From positions 1,488,001 to 1,552,000 of the forward strand of contig OU015570.1 in assembly GCA_907165135.1 (NCBI GenBank): a stretch of 64,000 nucleotides of DNA, given 5' to 3'. The stretch comes from Oikopleura dioica. Its lineage: Eukaryota; Animalia; Chordata. Below are positions 32,651 to 45,346 of the stretch, in pieces (position 1 is the stretch's first letter; every line of letters starts with the position of its first letter). A model generated the notes under the pieces. That model was not told the DNA's origin, made no database searches, and was given only the letters and a program-made list of their open reading frames with translations. The translations under genes and the position numbers were made by a program.

Positions 32651-34174
32651 CATTTGTTGGCGATAACGCTTGAAGTGATCTCAATTATGTTTAAGATACG
32701 ATTCTAATGCAAACTGCTGAATATAAATTACAGAAGTCAGACGAACATCTGATGGACGAGAACAAACTTTTGAATACAGACACTCACAAATATAAGTTCG
32801 AAGAATTGATCAACTACTTTAATTAAGTTATAACTAATGGTATTGAAGATCTTTCCGATAATTGATTTTGTAAAATCTTCTGCGCCTTTGAGTTTCCAAG
32901 AGAAATAACTTCATCTTAAAGCACAATCGGTTTATCACTCGAGAGAGTCTGACGAAGCTGTTGACTGCTCATTCTCAGCGGATCATGCATTAGTTTTTAT
33001 GCTTCCCATCTTTCGTAGTTGAAACGGATAACCGAGTAAGGAATGAAGCAATTATCGTCAGAGATTTCCAAGTTTTCGATTTTAACCTTATTATCATCTG
33101 GAAGATCGCGATTACCATATTCAATATTAGCGCGTGTCAAGTGCGTGCCTTTTGAAGTTCAGAAAAATCTAATTTTTGCTTATAGAAAACGACTGGTTGC
33201 TTACACTACAAGTCTGGCGATTCACGAGCGAAATACCAAGGTAAACTCATTTTTGAACATTCCTATGGCTTGCATAATGAATAGATTCTCCAAATTGAAA
33301 AAACCATCGCCATACGGATCGCGTTGCGTTTTAAAGCCAAAATGAATTTTTCGACGACACAGACGACCTCTACTTTTACACTGTAAAATTTACAGTGACA
33401 CGGAAGATACCACTGTCCATTTCGTCCTTTTTCAATGAATCTTCGATTAAAGACGTACGAATGTGGTATTCATGAAGATGATGTGCTTCTTTAGTGTGCG
33501 ATCTTCCATTTGGGTCAGAATTTTTAACATGGTAATTTTAGGAAGACAAGGATGAGAAAAAAGGAAAGAAGAACAGCTCTCACACCACCATCCTATCCAT
33601 TTGGAACTCCATCCGGACGTTTGACCTTGGGCTTTTGAACAAGCTGGATTTGCTCAAATTATGTGGGTTTATGTGGGACACTTTTGCAAAGATGATTTTC
33701 CACTTTTGTGGACATTTTCCCTGGTGAAAAAATTTTAGAGGTAAAAAAAGCGAATTTTTTCAAAGATCTATTGTTTTTTCTAAGACAAAATAAGCAAGAA
33801 AATTGCGTTTCAAGGAAGAAATTTGCTATTTATACAAAGAAACTAATGGGACGGAAAAATTTTTAAGCCTCTGCGGTCGGACATTTTTTGGAGACTCTTG
33901 CCCATTTTTGTGGACATTTTTGATAAAATTTGGGACAAAAAATGTCCACAAAAGAGAAAAATAACTGTACAATGGTTCCGCTTTTCGTAGAATAGTTCTG
34001 CGTTTGGTTTTTTAAATTTTAAATCCAGGTTTGACTAACGTACTATGCCCATTTTCACCACTTTTGAGGCTTATTATCTCTTCAACCCTTTATAGTTTAA
34101 GAAAATTTAAACAGAAAAAATTTTTAATTACTATTATCTAAAAGATATTAAAAATTGAATGCATACAATATGTA

Positions 34175-34940
34175 CCGTGGTTTTCCATTTTAAGAGCGCC
34201 CAATTTAAGAGCGTTTTCGCCAACATTTTGCAAATTATGTTATCTGCGAAAATTCAAATTTAAGAGCGTTTTTGAAGATTTTTATGCAATCAAAAAATTT
34301 TTAGACTCAAATAAATCATAAACTAAAACGTGTAATCTCTGACTGCTTTTCCGGTCATTTTAAAGTCAATGGTTTGGTAGTGTCGGCTCCTTCTGTCATT
34401 TGAACTTGAGGTTCTTCTCCAATCTCCATCGCCGACCGACCATCAGGGTCGGAGCTCTTTTGCTTTTAATCTGATTCCTAGATATTTAATTTACCTATTC
34501 CTACAAAGGCTAGAAAATGTACCCTGAGGCATGTCTTCCCCATCATTTTCCTTCGGATTATCTATTAGATCTCCATGACAGTCTTTCTCCCATCCTTTCT
34601 TTTTGAGCCTTCACCAGAATCTGCGCATATTTTTTCTTCTAAGCCAAAGACATGTGTTTTTCTTTTCTTCTCCAGGCATTTTCGTTGTTTAAATTTTGAA
34701 GAATGAAAGAGATCAGATTAAGAAAAAGCGCTCGAGCAAAATCCTGAAAAAATCACTCACGTTCTCATCTTGATATACAATTACTTTTGCTTCTAGATCT
34801 TTTCTGTTTCATACTTTCGAAATTCCCTGAAAAATGAAAATAACCACTGTCATCCTATATCGATAGAAAAATTTCCAATTTAAGAGCGTTTTAGGCAAAC
34901 CCTGTCATCTAAAAAACGCTCTTAAAATGGAAAACCACGG
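34175..34940. mobile_element. TA-flanked non-autonomous DNA transposon (Tc1/mariner-type TSD)
   Basis: TA|CCGTGGTTTTCCATTTTAAGAGCG...CGCTCTTAAAATGGAAAACCACGG|TA; truncated copies start at about 28485 and 47896. Confidence 0.85.
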
Positions 34941-36546
34941 TATTTCGGGTAGCTGATTTTTGTGCACGTACCCTAACAATTCAGTGTCTCCTTATTTTTA
35001 TCTAATTGCGAGTATGATAATTCAAAATATGAATCCCTTGTCAATATGATTTGTTGGGGAACCATTATGCCAGCCTCCAATAACAAGTAAAATATCTTTT
35101 GGAAATCTTCTGTCACTAACCAGAGTTGAAAATGTGGTTAGGAATTAACGAAGTAATGCAGAAAATTACTATATTTAACCAGATCAGGTGGTAGTTATGG
35201 TAGTATGTAGTAGTCATAGTTGAAAATATACCGAAAAACCGCGGGCGCTTAGATTTTCTGATAACGCGTGCAGATGCATGCGGGCACTTGCAAATCTCTA
35301 AAGATAATATTTTTAAGTCTTTTTCGAAAAAATTTTTGTAAGTATAGCATATTTTCGGGTAGCCACTGAGTATGGTCCGTATTATCCAAAAAAAATTTAT
35401 TAAGAAAAAAATTTGTTCTAAAATAATCAACTGTGTAGAACCGACAATAAGACAGTAATTCGCGCTTTTAATTCAATAAATCATCGAAAAACAGACAAAA
35501 CTCAACTTGAGCCCTAAAGAGCGACTAAAAGGTGCGGAAACGCAGCACTCACTTTTGCTACTTCTAGAAGAAAGAAGTTGAAAAAGTGCGGCTAGAGGTG
35601 CGGCAACCCAGCACTCATAAAGGGTGCGGAAACTCCTCACACCACTGTACCTCTTTTACTTAATAATAAAGTCAACAGTAAAACCCGAAAATCTGCCGGT
35701 TTTCGATACAAATTCCCGAAAAAAGCGGCCAAATTTTGGCTTTTTTGCCGGGTAACCAAGTTTCCTCTTCAAAAAGCGAAGCTTCGAAATTTTCGAAGAT
35801 CGGAATGATTTTCATATTTTTGATGAATTTGTTTGAGTGATTTTTAATGATAAAAACACTTGAAAAAAGCTTGAAAAACCCTAAAAATGATCAGAAATAG
35901 CATAATTTTGGCCCAATTCTGACGAAAAATTTTTTCGCTTGTTAGCGAAGTCACGCCGAGCCGCGCCAATTTCTTCTTTACACAGCTCTCGAGTATGTAG
36001 CTGCCCATAGCTCCATCACCTTCGAGTACAAAACCGGCAACAGCTTCACCACCTGCGTCTACGAAGCTGGCCGTAGCTACACCACTTTCGAATACAGAGC
36101 TGCCCACAACTCCACTATCTTCGACTCCACCGCTTACGAGTACAACGTTGGCCACATCTCCGCCGCTAGTGTCAACTGTGCCGACAGTCACATTAGTTAG
36201 CTAACTTCTCGGGCTGAAACTGGCTCGAATACGATCTCTCACTCGTCTCTTCCGTTATCGACACCGATCAAGTTTTGGTAACCTTTAGCGCTCTAGAAAA
36301 ATGGCCATGAACGTGATTCCAATCAAAGGCTTGGCTGTTGCCCAGCTTAAAAATTTCTGCCGCCGTATGGGACTATCGACGAAAATGGAATTTTTAAGCG
36401 AAGCCCACATTCCAAGTTTTATTCCGCATTTGTAGTCGCGGATAAATTTCTCAAGCGCTCTTTCGTGAAGATTCGCTATTCTTTGAACAACAGGACAGAC
36501 AAGTTTACGCGGTTGCTAAGCTAGTGGCAGATGGCTGGTATAGTGG

Positions 36547-36756
36547 TGTTTATCAATGCACATTTGCTCCGCGCTGCGCGCCACTCACATTCACTGTCCG
36601 CGAAGTTCACACATAAACACACTAAACTCAACTACCAAAAAGAATTATTTTACTCTTTTGTATCCTGCAGCAGGATTCCTGCTCCGGAATACAAATAAAC
36701 CAGTGTCAACAAACCCAATTTATGTACTTTGATAAACACGTACATATTTTGGTGAC
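36547..36756 (+). mobile_element. LTR-like segment (36547-36738) followed by TGGTGAC PBS-like motif
   Basis: TGTTTATCAA...TTGATAAACA 10-bp inverted ends, AATAAA inside; longer related sequence at about 48566-48866. Confidence 0.55.
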
Positions 36757-36969
36757 TAAAGAAAACGGAACGCCTTCAACGTAACCAAGCTAGAACCAGA
36801 AAAAGAACCAGAAGAAAGAATCAGAAAAAAATAAAAAAGATTTTATCCTGACCTTCTGCAGGCCGCCGCTTCCAAGAACAGACTCACGTAAGTACAGGTT
36901 ACTCAATAGGCTAAATTTTTGATATCATGGAGGAACTTTATAACTTTAGAACTTTATTATAAATTGGTA

Positions 36970-37358
36970 CAGTAAAAACCCGAAAATTGGCCGGTTTGCA
37001 GATACAAATTCCCGAAAAAAGCGGCCAAATTTTGGTTTTTTGCCGAATAGCCATGTCTCCCCTTCAAAAGCGAAGTTTCGAAATTTTCGAAAATCGGCAT
37101 AATTTTCAAATTTTTAATGATTTTTAGTCAATTTTTTTGTCTGAAGGCATTTTTATTAAAATTTAGTCATTTTTAATGATTAAAACACTTTAAAAAAGCT
37201 AAATATGATCAAAAATAGCATCATTTTGGGCCAATTCTGATGGAAGATTTTTTATTTTTGAAAAAGCGGTCAAATTTAAGGTTGATTACAAATTCCAAAA
37301 AGGCGGATTTAGACAAAAAGCGGCCAAATTTTGGGTGGGCAATTTTGGGTTTTCACTG
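36970..37358. mobile_element. TA-flanked MITE (CAGT...ACTG)
   Basis: TA|CAGTAAAAACCCGAAAATTG...CAATTTTGGGTTTTCACTG|TA; a left-end fragment also at about 35676. Confidence 0.75.
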
Positions 37359-37429
37359 TAGTTGATCTGACAGCTAAAGAGCTTATGCTTATTTATGACA
37401 AGCACCCGGATAAAAATACCCGCTCCCTA

Positions 37430-39488
37430 CCCGCTCGTCAGATCATTTGACAAGTCTAACGAGTTTGACGAATTCAGTGTTGTTATTTTGAATTCAGTGT
37501 TGTTATTTTGATGCTGATATTGATAATTTTTCTAAAAAAAAGAGATCAATGTTATGTCCAGGAAAGATATATTCAGCAGGCTCATTAAAGTAGATCTTGA
37601 AGACATTTCTTCGAATTTCGATTTTCTATACTATTGTTTAGTATACATAGTATACATAGTGTACATAGGTATCGGCAATTTTTCGGTCAAAGTAACAACA
37701 AAAATCATTGAATAATCATCAAGTATGTTTTACAAATAAAGCTTTTCTCTGAACGTCTTTCATTCAATGAAATTCATTGATTAACCCTATGCGTGACGCG
37801 GGTGCACTTAGTGCACCCGCTCAAGGTTCTTTGTCCATTTCTCTATCAATTTTCGCCTGAATTCAAAAATTTAAAAGAATAAGAATCACCGTCAAGAAAC
37901 ACGTCCAACCTGCATCGTAACATTTTGAAAAAATCTTCTCTAGTAAGCTCAAAACGTAAAAATGTCGTAATTTTGCTATTTTTCGTCTCGAGAACAGCTA
38001 TTTTGATGCAAGTTACGTAACTTTGAGCCCCTTTCGCCGCCGAAGAAGGGGGTATCCCGGTTTCGGAGACAATAACAACAGCGAATTTGGGCTGGTTTTC
38101 TTCGAAAATGGCAAAAAGAGCGAAAAAATGTTCTAGATGGGCCGGGTGCACTGAATGCACCCGCGTCACGCATAGGGGTAGTTCTGATCGTCACGCAAAG
38201 GGTTAAGCGCGGGTGAAGTGGTAGAAAACTCCGATTGTTTATTGAACTCAGGGAAAGATTTCTAGAATCAATATATATCAAAACAAGTCTGACGAGTTTG
38301 ACGAATTCTTTTTTTTAAATAATTTTTGACCCTTTGTTTGACGAAATTGACGAGTCTGACGAGTCTGACGAGTTTGACGAATAAAGGTCGCCCGGGGCTG
38401 CTGATTCCGGGTCCTCTCAGCCCCTATTTTTCGACTGCGGGATGTCTTGTGTTTTATCTAGAGTTCGTAAAGAGTGATACTTTTTAATTCTCTTTTTTGG
38501 TACCGATGATTTCAATGCATTGTGCTAGCCTAAAAGTCCTCACCTCTTTCTTACTTTTGCTTCAGAGCACACTCAATTAAAGTAATGATAAATGGGGATG
38601 TTTTGTCTGAGTGGTGGTGTTATTACGTAATAATATGAAAGATGTCATAAAAATTAAACTTGAATATAAAAAAAATTAAAAAAACTTAATAAACAATAAA
38701 TTGAATAAATAAGAAATTATTCTTAATTCTTAAGAATCTGCGCAAAAAATCTAAAGCTTGTCGAAGGTAGAAATTCTAAAACCTTAGATAAAATTTCAAA
38801 ATAACTTGAGCCTGAATGGGTAAGAATGATGCTGTAGCGGGACTCGAACTCACGCCGCCCGCGTCGAACCCCTTCCCTGGCTTTTAAATTTTAATGGGCT
38901 TGACTAAGGCTGGGATTAGAAGATAGGATAGAGATGATCAGTCTCAGTTCTGTCCCCAACCCCACCCACACCCATCTTTTAATTAACTTCAGTTTATTCT
39001 TCCCGAATGAAAATTATGGTTTTTGAAATACTAATTATTTTTTTCTTTTACAAAGTGTTCTTCCATCAAGTTGGTCCTCCGGGGTCCTCCAAGATGTCAA
39101 ATGATAAAAATAAAGGAAAAATTTATGTTTCCTTGCAGCAAAAATATAGTTTGTGAAAATGATTCCCCAAGAAGACAATGTCTTCTTCTATCAAAATCTT
39201 CCACCAGGTGTGGTCCTCCGAGTTCTACCGAAGTTGCACGTGATTTTTTCTCGAAACGATTTTGTTTACGTGACCAGAACTCAGTTAATCGAAGAATTCC
39301 TCGGAAAAGATAATTCTTCTTTCATTTTTAAATTCTTCCAGTAAGAGGGGTCCTCCAGGCAAAAAAGAAGGAGAAAATTGCTCGCTTGGTGTCGCTAATT
39401 CGGGCTTTAGTTTTCGGGGCAATCATCAAAAATCATCTCTTGAAATTCACTGTCATCCGAAAATCGGCCCTAAAATGGGTTTTCACTG
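37430..39488. repeat. Segmental duplicate, inverted relative to about 54773-63170
   Basis: Near-identical inverted match once the hAT, the 60-bp insert and the 9-bp-TSD MITE are removed from the second copy; it supplies the empty hAT site. Confidence 0.85.
37785..38202. mobile_element. piggyBac-type MITE
   Basis: TTAA|CCCTATGCGTGACG...CGTCACGCAAAGGG|TTAA; empty site at 51364-51367. Confidence 0.85.
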
Positions 39489-39899
39489 TATGTGTTTTGA
39501 TGTGAATAGATACGCCAATCTTTAAATTCTTCTCCAAAATATTGAGTTTCGTTCAATGACCACCAGTTCGGCCGATTTGATGAGCATGTTGCAAGGTTGA
39601 ATATTTGATGGAGTTAAATTTGCCTGAGTGATTGAACCTCTTGAGCGTTTTTGTAGCGTGAGACACGGCGTTGTCGGTTCTTGGACATTTGATTTCATCA
39701 GTTTTTGATTCCTTGCGAGCATCCTTATGATAAAAAGAGCATTGAGCTTTACTCTGTGAGCGTTGTTTTCGAAAACATATGGAACTTCAGGGCTTTATCA
39801 GTGAGAACCACATGTGACCATGGATCATTTGAGAGCAGAATTTTGGATCGAAGGAACGTTGCAAGGCTAAGGAGGGAGCACCTTCTCCTTATTATTTTT

Positions 39900-42769
39900 C
39901 TTTTTGTTTTCTAGGTCTTAATCGGGTTGTCCAAGTTTCTTCTTCAAAAGATTTTCTTTGTCGATCGGATCATCTGAGAAATCGTTTTTGAGAGCGGCTG
40001 ATTTTCGATCGTTGTCAGCGTCGGGATCACTTTCAATATATTCCGGTGTGATTATTTCCGCTTTTATTGTTTCTTCGTTGAACGACCAAAGACGTCTAAT
40101 ATGTATCGGAGATGACGGCGATATGTGCGATGTGAATTTGGGCACATAAGGATGTAGGAATCTTTTGAAATTCTATTTTTGACGTAGAACGGGCCGTCCC
40201 AGTTGATTCCTAGTTTACCACTTGTAAGATCAGGTTTATTAGTAAGGACTTATTATATCGATCCATATGAAATTTGAGGAGAGCCGGATGGAGATCTTTC
40301 AGGTATTCGTTGAGAGCCTTTACAAATGGCTCTTTTTGTCCATTTACAGAGTCGATTTTGAAGGGAACATGGAATGATCTGCCCTAAACACATTTGGAGA
40401 AAGTGAATCCAGTGATTCTCGTGTAAGGTTGTTCATATAGTAGCAGGATTCTGGCCATTTAAGGGTAATCCTATACATCGGCGCGGCGCTGCTCGCTCGA
40501 TCCGCGCCCCGCCAGAACCTATTTTTCACTAGGCCATAAAATTCGAGCGGAGTGAGATTTTTTCAAAATTCAAAAAGATTCGTAATCCTTGAACTCTCTT
40601 CTATTGCTCAAGCTAAAATGAAAAAAATCGGGAACGAGGAACTATCTGAAAACCGCCGGTTTCCTTCAAAAGACATTTCCCGCCACATTTCTCATTCAAA
40701 TTTCACGAAAATCGCATGGTCTTGTAGAGAATCGTCTGTTCTACAATTCCTCTGATTTAGATTTTCCTTTAACGTTCTCAAAAATTCTCGATGATAGTTT
40801 GAAGAGAGTGCTATTCTTCTCTGCCGGAGCGCGCCGTGAGAAATATGAAGAAGAGAGGCGCGAGGAAGCATAGCGCTGTTTTAAAATGACCATATAAAAT
40901 TATTGAGAGCGCAAAAAGAAAATCTAAATCAGAGGAATTGTAGAGCAGACGATTCTCTACAAGACCATGCGATTTTCGTGAAATTTGAATGAGAAATGTG
41001 GCGGGAAATGTCTTTTGAAGGAAACCGGCGGTTTTCAGATAGTTCCTCGTTCCCGATTTTTTTCATTTTAGCTTGAGCAATAGAAGAGAGTTCAAGGATT
41101 ACGAATCTTTTTGAATTTTGAAAAAATCTCACTCCGTTCGAATTTTATGGCCTAGTGAAAAAATAGGTTCTGGCGGAGCGCGGATCGAGCGAGCAGCGCC
41201 GCGCCGATGTATAGGATTACCCTTAAGGGACCAGTTTCTGTTGTTTCCTCCGAGTGTTTTGATGAATTTTGTGATGTCGCGATGTGATCGTTCCACCTTT
41301 TCATTTGAGCATGATCGGTAGGCAGTAGTGGTGATCTGTCTGATTTCGAATCGTTCCATTATCTCGCGGCAAAGAGGTCCGAATTCTCTCCCATTGTCAC
41401 TCACGATAATACCGTTGATTCCGTGTCGCAGAATGAGCTTGAGTAAGCCTCGAGCGACTGCGCTGTCGGTTTTGTTTGGGAGAGGTTCTCCGTCGAGATA
41501 AGAAGTAAGTTCGTCGATACATGTAAGCAGGTATCTTTTGTTGTTTGTATCAGGTCTGCCGTAGTCTACCAAATCAATGTGGCATTTCGTAAATGGAACT
41601 GATTCGACTAATCTATTCGGGATCATGCTTGGTCTAAGCTGTTTTTGTGGCTTGATTCTAAGGCATGTTGCGCAGCTTGTTGTGATTGAGCGAATGCGAT
41701 CTTGAACTTTGTGGATATAAAATCGTTTACAAAGGTTCAGTAGAGCTTTGCAACCACAATGGGCCATTAGAACGTGAAGATACTGTAGGAACTCATTAGA
41801 TAGTGACGACGGTAGAACGAGTCTTTCATTAGCGAAGAGAACATCGTTTTTCAGCTTGAATTTGCTGGGTTTGATTTCTCGGATCTTCATAATGAGATTG
41901 TTCGTAAGAGAGCACTGTTTTTGGAGAGAAGCCATTTCTTGATAATTGAAGCGTCGATTTTTGAATGAGAAACAGATTTTTGAATCATCGGTTTTTAGGA
42001 GCAGCTGTTTCGAGCATTGAAGAGTGTGAAAGAGGGATTCTGCTTAGAGCATCAGCAGTTGTCATGATCGGATCGTGACCATTATGATGAACAATTTTAA
42101 AGTTGAAGTTTTGGAGATAGTGTTGGATCGTTGCAAGTCGGTGGTCGAGTGCTTTTCTCGAGTGTTTTTGTAGAGATAGAGAAGTGATTAATGATCAGTG
42201 ACAGCGGTGAATTCGACCCCGAGGAGATAGTAATCGAAGTAACGCATACTTTCCATAAGAGCGATAAGTTCCTTTTCACGCATTGATCTTCGTGAATCGG
42301 TTTTATTAAATGGTCTTGAAAAGTAACCAAGAGCTGTCAGATTCGTTCCATCTTGACATTGGTAAAGACATGCACCCATTGCGTGTCCAGATTCGTCGGA
42401 TACCAAGGTAAGAGGCGCATTTTCCATGAAATGTCCGAGAGATGGTCGTTCCAAAAGTTTTTCTTTTATCTTTTCAAATGCATCTTGGTGTTCTTGTTGC
42501 CAGAAAAAATTGACTTTTGAGCTCGTGAGTTTATATAATGGACTCAAAATTAGTGATGCGTTCTTGACGTATTTCGCGTTGTAATTGATCATTCCAAGTG
42601 CTCGTTTTAGGGATTGACGATCAGTTGGCGGCTTAAGGTCCTTGATACACTTGATGTGCTTGTCGGTGATTGTAATTCCGTCTTTGGTGATTCGATGACC
42701 AAGAAATTCGGTTGTCGATTTGCAAAGATTCACCTTTGGACCGTGATAGCCCTCATATTCTGAGAGCAT
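39900..42769 (-). pseudogene. pol: Gypsy pol fragment (RT C-terminus, RNase H, integrase), disrupted
   Basis: EFLGHRI, LGMINY, SDESG, VTDH; H...CATC, CHIDLVD, VSDNG, KVERSHR; integrase continues (LKWPESCYYMNN) past a MITE. Confidence 0.9.
40463..41222. mobile_element. Foldback MITE, TTAA TSD, GG...CC ends (Kolobok-like), inserted in integrase
   Basis: TTAA|GGGTAATCCTATACATCGG...CCGATGTATAGGATTACCC|TTAA; long near-perfect arms; excision restores the integrase frame. Confidence 0.9.
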
Positions 42770-43870
42770 GCATGTGGCATGCTCGATTAGGATTAGCTAG
42801 CCCCGACCAAAGTACCAAAACATAATTTACGTCGTAAAGGATTAAAATGTAATCCCCTCCGTGGGCTCTGCATATAAACCGAGCACCACCACTGAGTTGC
42901 TCAGTCGTCGAATACATACTCCACAAAATTACCCTGCATTTTTATTGTCAAGAAGTCTATCCAGCATCTGCAAGCAGGGACATCAGCACTCATCAGAGAA
43001 CTAAGAAGCCCAAGAGATACACAGAGATTAGTATGATGTTTATTGTTGACTGAAGTACTCTTATATACTTCTTTAAAAACAGATTTAATTTACAAAATTT
43101 ACTTCTCTTGTGTTATAAAGAACACTGCCTAAGAAGTTTCAAATAACGGACCCCGAACTCCTCGACGACTCCGGTAAGTTTACCTCTCTGAAAAAAATCT
43201 TATCGTAAAAAAGTTAATACTATAAATCTATCATCAACTTCTGGTGCCCTAACCCTTAAAAATCAAGATTTGAATCAAATCTTTAAGTACCCTGAATTCT
43301 CGACCCCCATAGTAGCGAGTGACGTCGCGAAAAACCTTAGTTAGAAAATATTTTTCCTGTCATATAAATCCTGTCAATTTCGACCAAAGGTGTACAAAAC
43401 CAAGGTCTACGCTACAAAGGAGAAGTACATTAGGTACATTGTTGTGATTCTTAAAAGTCCCCACGGTTACTGTAGTTGAGTTATTCTAATCGCAGCAACT
43501 CTTAAAAAATCGCAAAATAAGGCTCTTTCAGCGGCAAAAGTCGCGCTAGAGACATAAGGGTAGAGCGGGCAGCAGCAGGGCATACGCTGACGAATCAGCG
43601 AGCGCGGAGCTTGAAGTGGTGGCGCACTTCAACGCGCAGCAAAACCGGTTTTCAGTTCTTACAAACAAGAAGAAAACGTTTTAGTAAGCACTTCTCAGAA
43701 AAGCACGTCGGTCTTAAGATTGGTAGTTTATTTTAGAAAGAGCGGATTACTTCGAGTGAAATCCATACTTTAAAACAAGTCATTCAGGAGAAAAGCACTT
43801 TCCAAAACGATGTTATCAACGAATTAGGGAATTAGGGAAATTAGGAAATTGGGAATTTTCAATCAAAATA

Positions 43871-45307
43871 ATGGTAGAAGTTTTACATCTTGGCCAAAGC
43901 TTCAACATTAAAATAACAAAGTCAATAAAAACTTGTTATTTAAATTGTTTTTTCCAATTACTCTTTAAAAATCAACCGGCCGAAAACCTGAATAAAGATC
44001 AGATAGTCGCTTCAATCAAAAAGAAAGCGACTTACGTTAAAATCCAAATTTTGAGACACAACGGCGAGGATCTTCTTTTTCCATTAAAATTTGCACACAG
44101 CGCACCAACAGGACTTGTGTCATACGTCCGCATTATCTTCAGCTACAATAAAGCATCTGAAAATACACTAGACACGCAAATCCGAAAATCCGACTCGGAT
44201 TTCCTGGAAGCATATACGCCGTATAAATCTGCACTTTCATTGGTAGAATCAGATTCTAATTTCAAAAATCAGCTGGATCTGAATATGAATACTGAAAGCT
44301 TCAGCCAGGAGGAATTGCGAATTGACTCCGAGCTTTCCGAAGATGATCACATAAAAGATGAATCTTTACACGCAAAAGTAAACAATATGTCATCTTTTAA
44401 ATTAAGCAAGGCACATAAAGTCACACTTTCTGATTACTCCCCGAAATTGAGAGTTGAATCATGGATAAAGCTTATCAAATCGCAATTGGAAAGGCAAAAT
44501 GTCGAAGATTTCAACATCAAAGTTGAAGCGACCATCAAAGCCCTCCCAATTGCGGATCAGATACAGATAAACATGCAACTCTCTAATCTTAAAGCTGAAG
44601 ACCGGTCAAATTTCGAAAAATTCCTCGATCTAATTCGAGTCAAATACCGGCGAAATAAAGCAGTCGCAACTAGAATGCTGCAGGAACTCAGGTTCAATAA
44701 GCCCGACGACCTCAAATCTTTTCTACAAGAAGAAACATCTTTTATTGAGGAAATTCATCCAAATGAAACTCCTCTAGTTATAAAAGCAATCAGTTGGGAT
44801 AAGTTCAAAAGCAAACTTCCCAATAATCTGACAAACGAGTCATTGTTTAGGTTCGCCTCTGAGAAGTCGCAAGAAGAGCAATTACGCATCTTAGAAAATT
44901 TATATGCGACAAGGAGTCCCTCATCGGAACTAAACTTGACTCAGAAATCGAAATCTCAAGGGAAACCGCAGGAATCCCAAGAGGACTTGAATAATTATAA
45001 GCAGAAGCATTATAAAAATCAGGGCCAAGGATTGAGTGGTCAAGGAAAAGACAAAAATAACAAATCAAACCATTGGCAAAAAGGTAAGGGCCAAAGTAAA
45101 AAAGGATCAAACCAGAATTATCGAGGAAAGCACGACAACAATAAAAAGCAGAGCAGTTATCAGAAAAAAGGGCAAGGAAGCGGGGAAAATACCAAGAGTA
45201 AGAAAAAAAGTGACGATGAGAAGCCTGTAAAATCAAGGGCACACGTTACCTGTTACAAATGTCAAGGACGTGGTCACTACAAGAGTCAGTGTCCAAGCGT
45301 TCTCTAA
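43871..45307 (+). CDS. gag: Gag of a second Gypsy element (478 aa)
   Basis: C-terminal zinc knuckle CYKCQGRGHYKSQC; precedes PR and RT. Confidence 0.85.
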   Translation: MVEVLHLGQSFNIKITKSIKTCYLNCFFQLLFKNQPAENLNKDQIVASIKKKATYVKIQILRHNGEDLLFPLKFAHSAPTGLVSYVRIIFSYNKASENTLDTQIRKSDSDFLEAYTPYKSALSLVESDSNFKNQLDLNMNTESFSQEELRIDSELSEDDHIKDESLHAKVNNMSSFKLSKAHKVTLSDYSPKLRVESWIKLIKSQLERQNVEDFNIKVEATIKALPIADQIQINMQLSNLKAEDRSNFEKFLDLIRVKYRRNKAVATRMLQELRFNKPDDLKSFLQEETSFIEEIHPNETPLVIKAISWDKFKSKLPNNLTNESLFRFASEKSQEEQLRILENLYATRSPSSELNLTQKSKSQGKPQESQEDLNNYKQKHYKNQGQGLSGQGKDKNNKSNHWQKGKGQSKKGSNQNYRGKHDNNKKQSSYQKKGQGSGENTKSKKKSDDEKPVKSRAHVTCYKCQGRGHYKSQCPSVL

Positions 45308-45346
45308 AATAATTTCAAATCTTCTCGATCTTGTATATTTCCCTAG

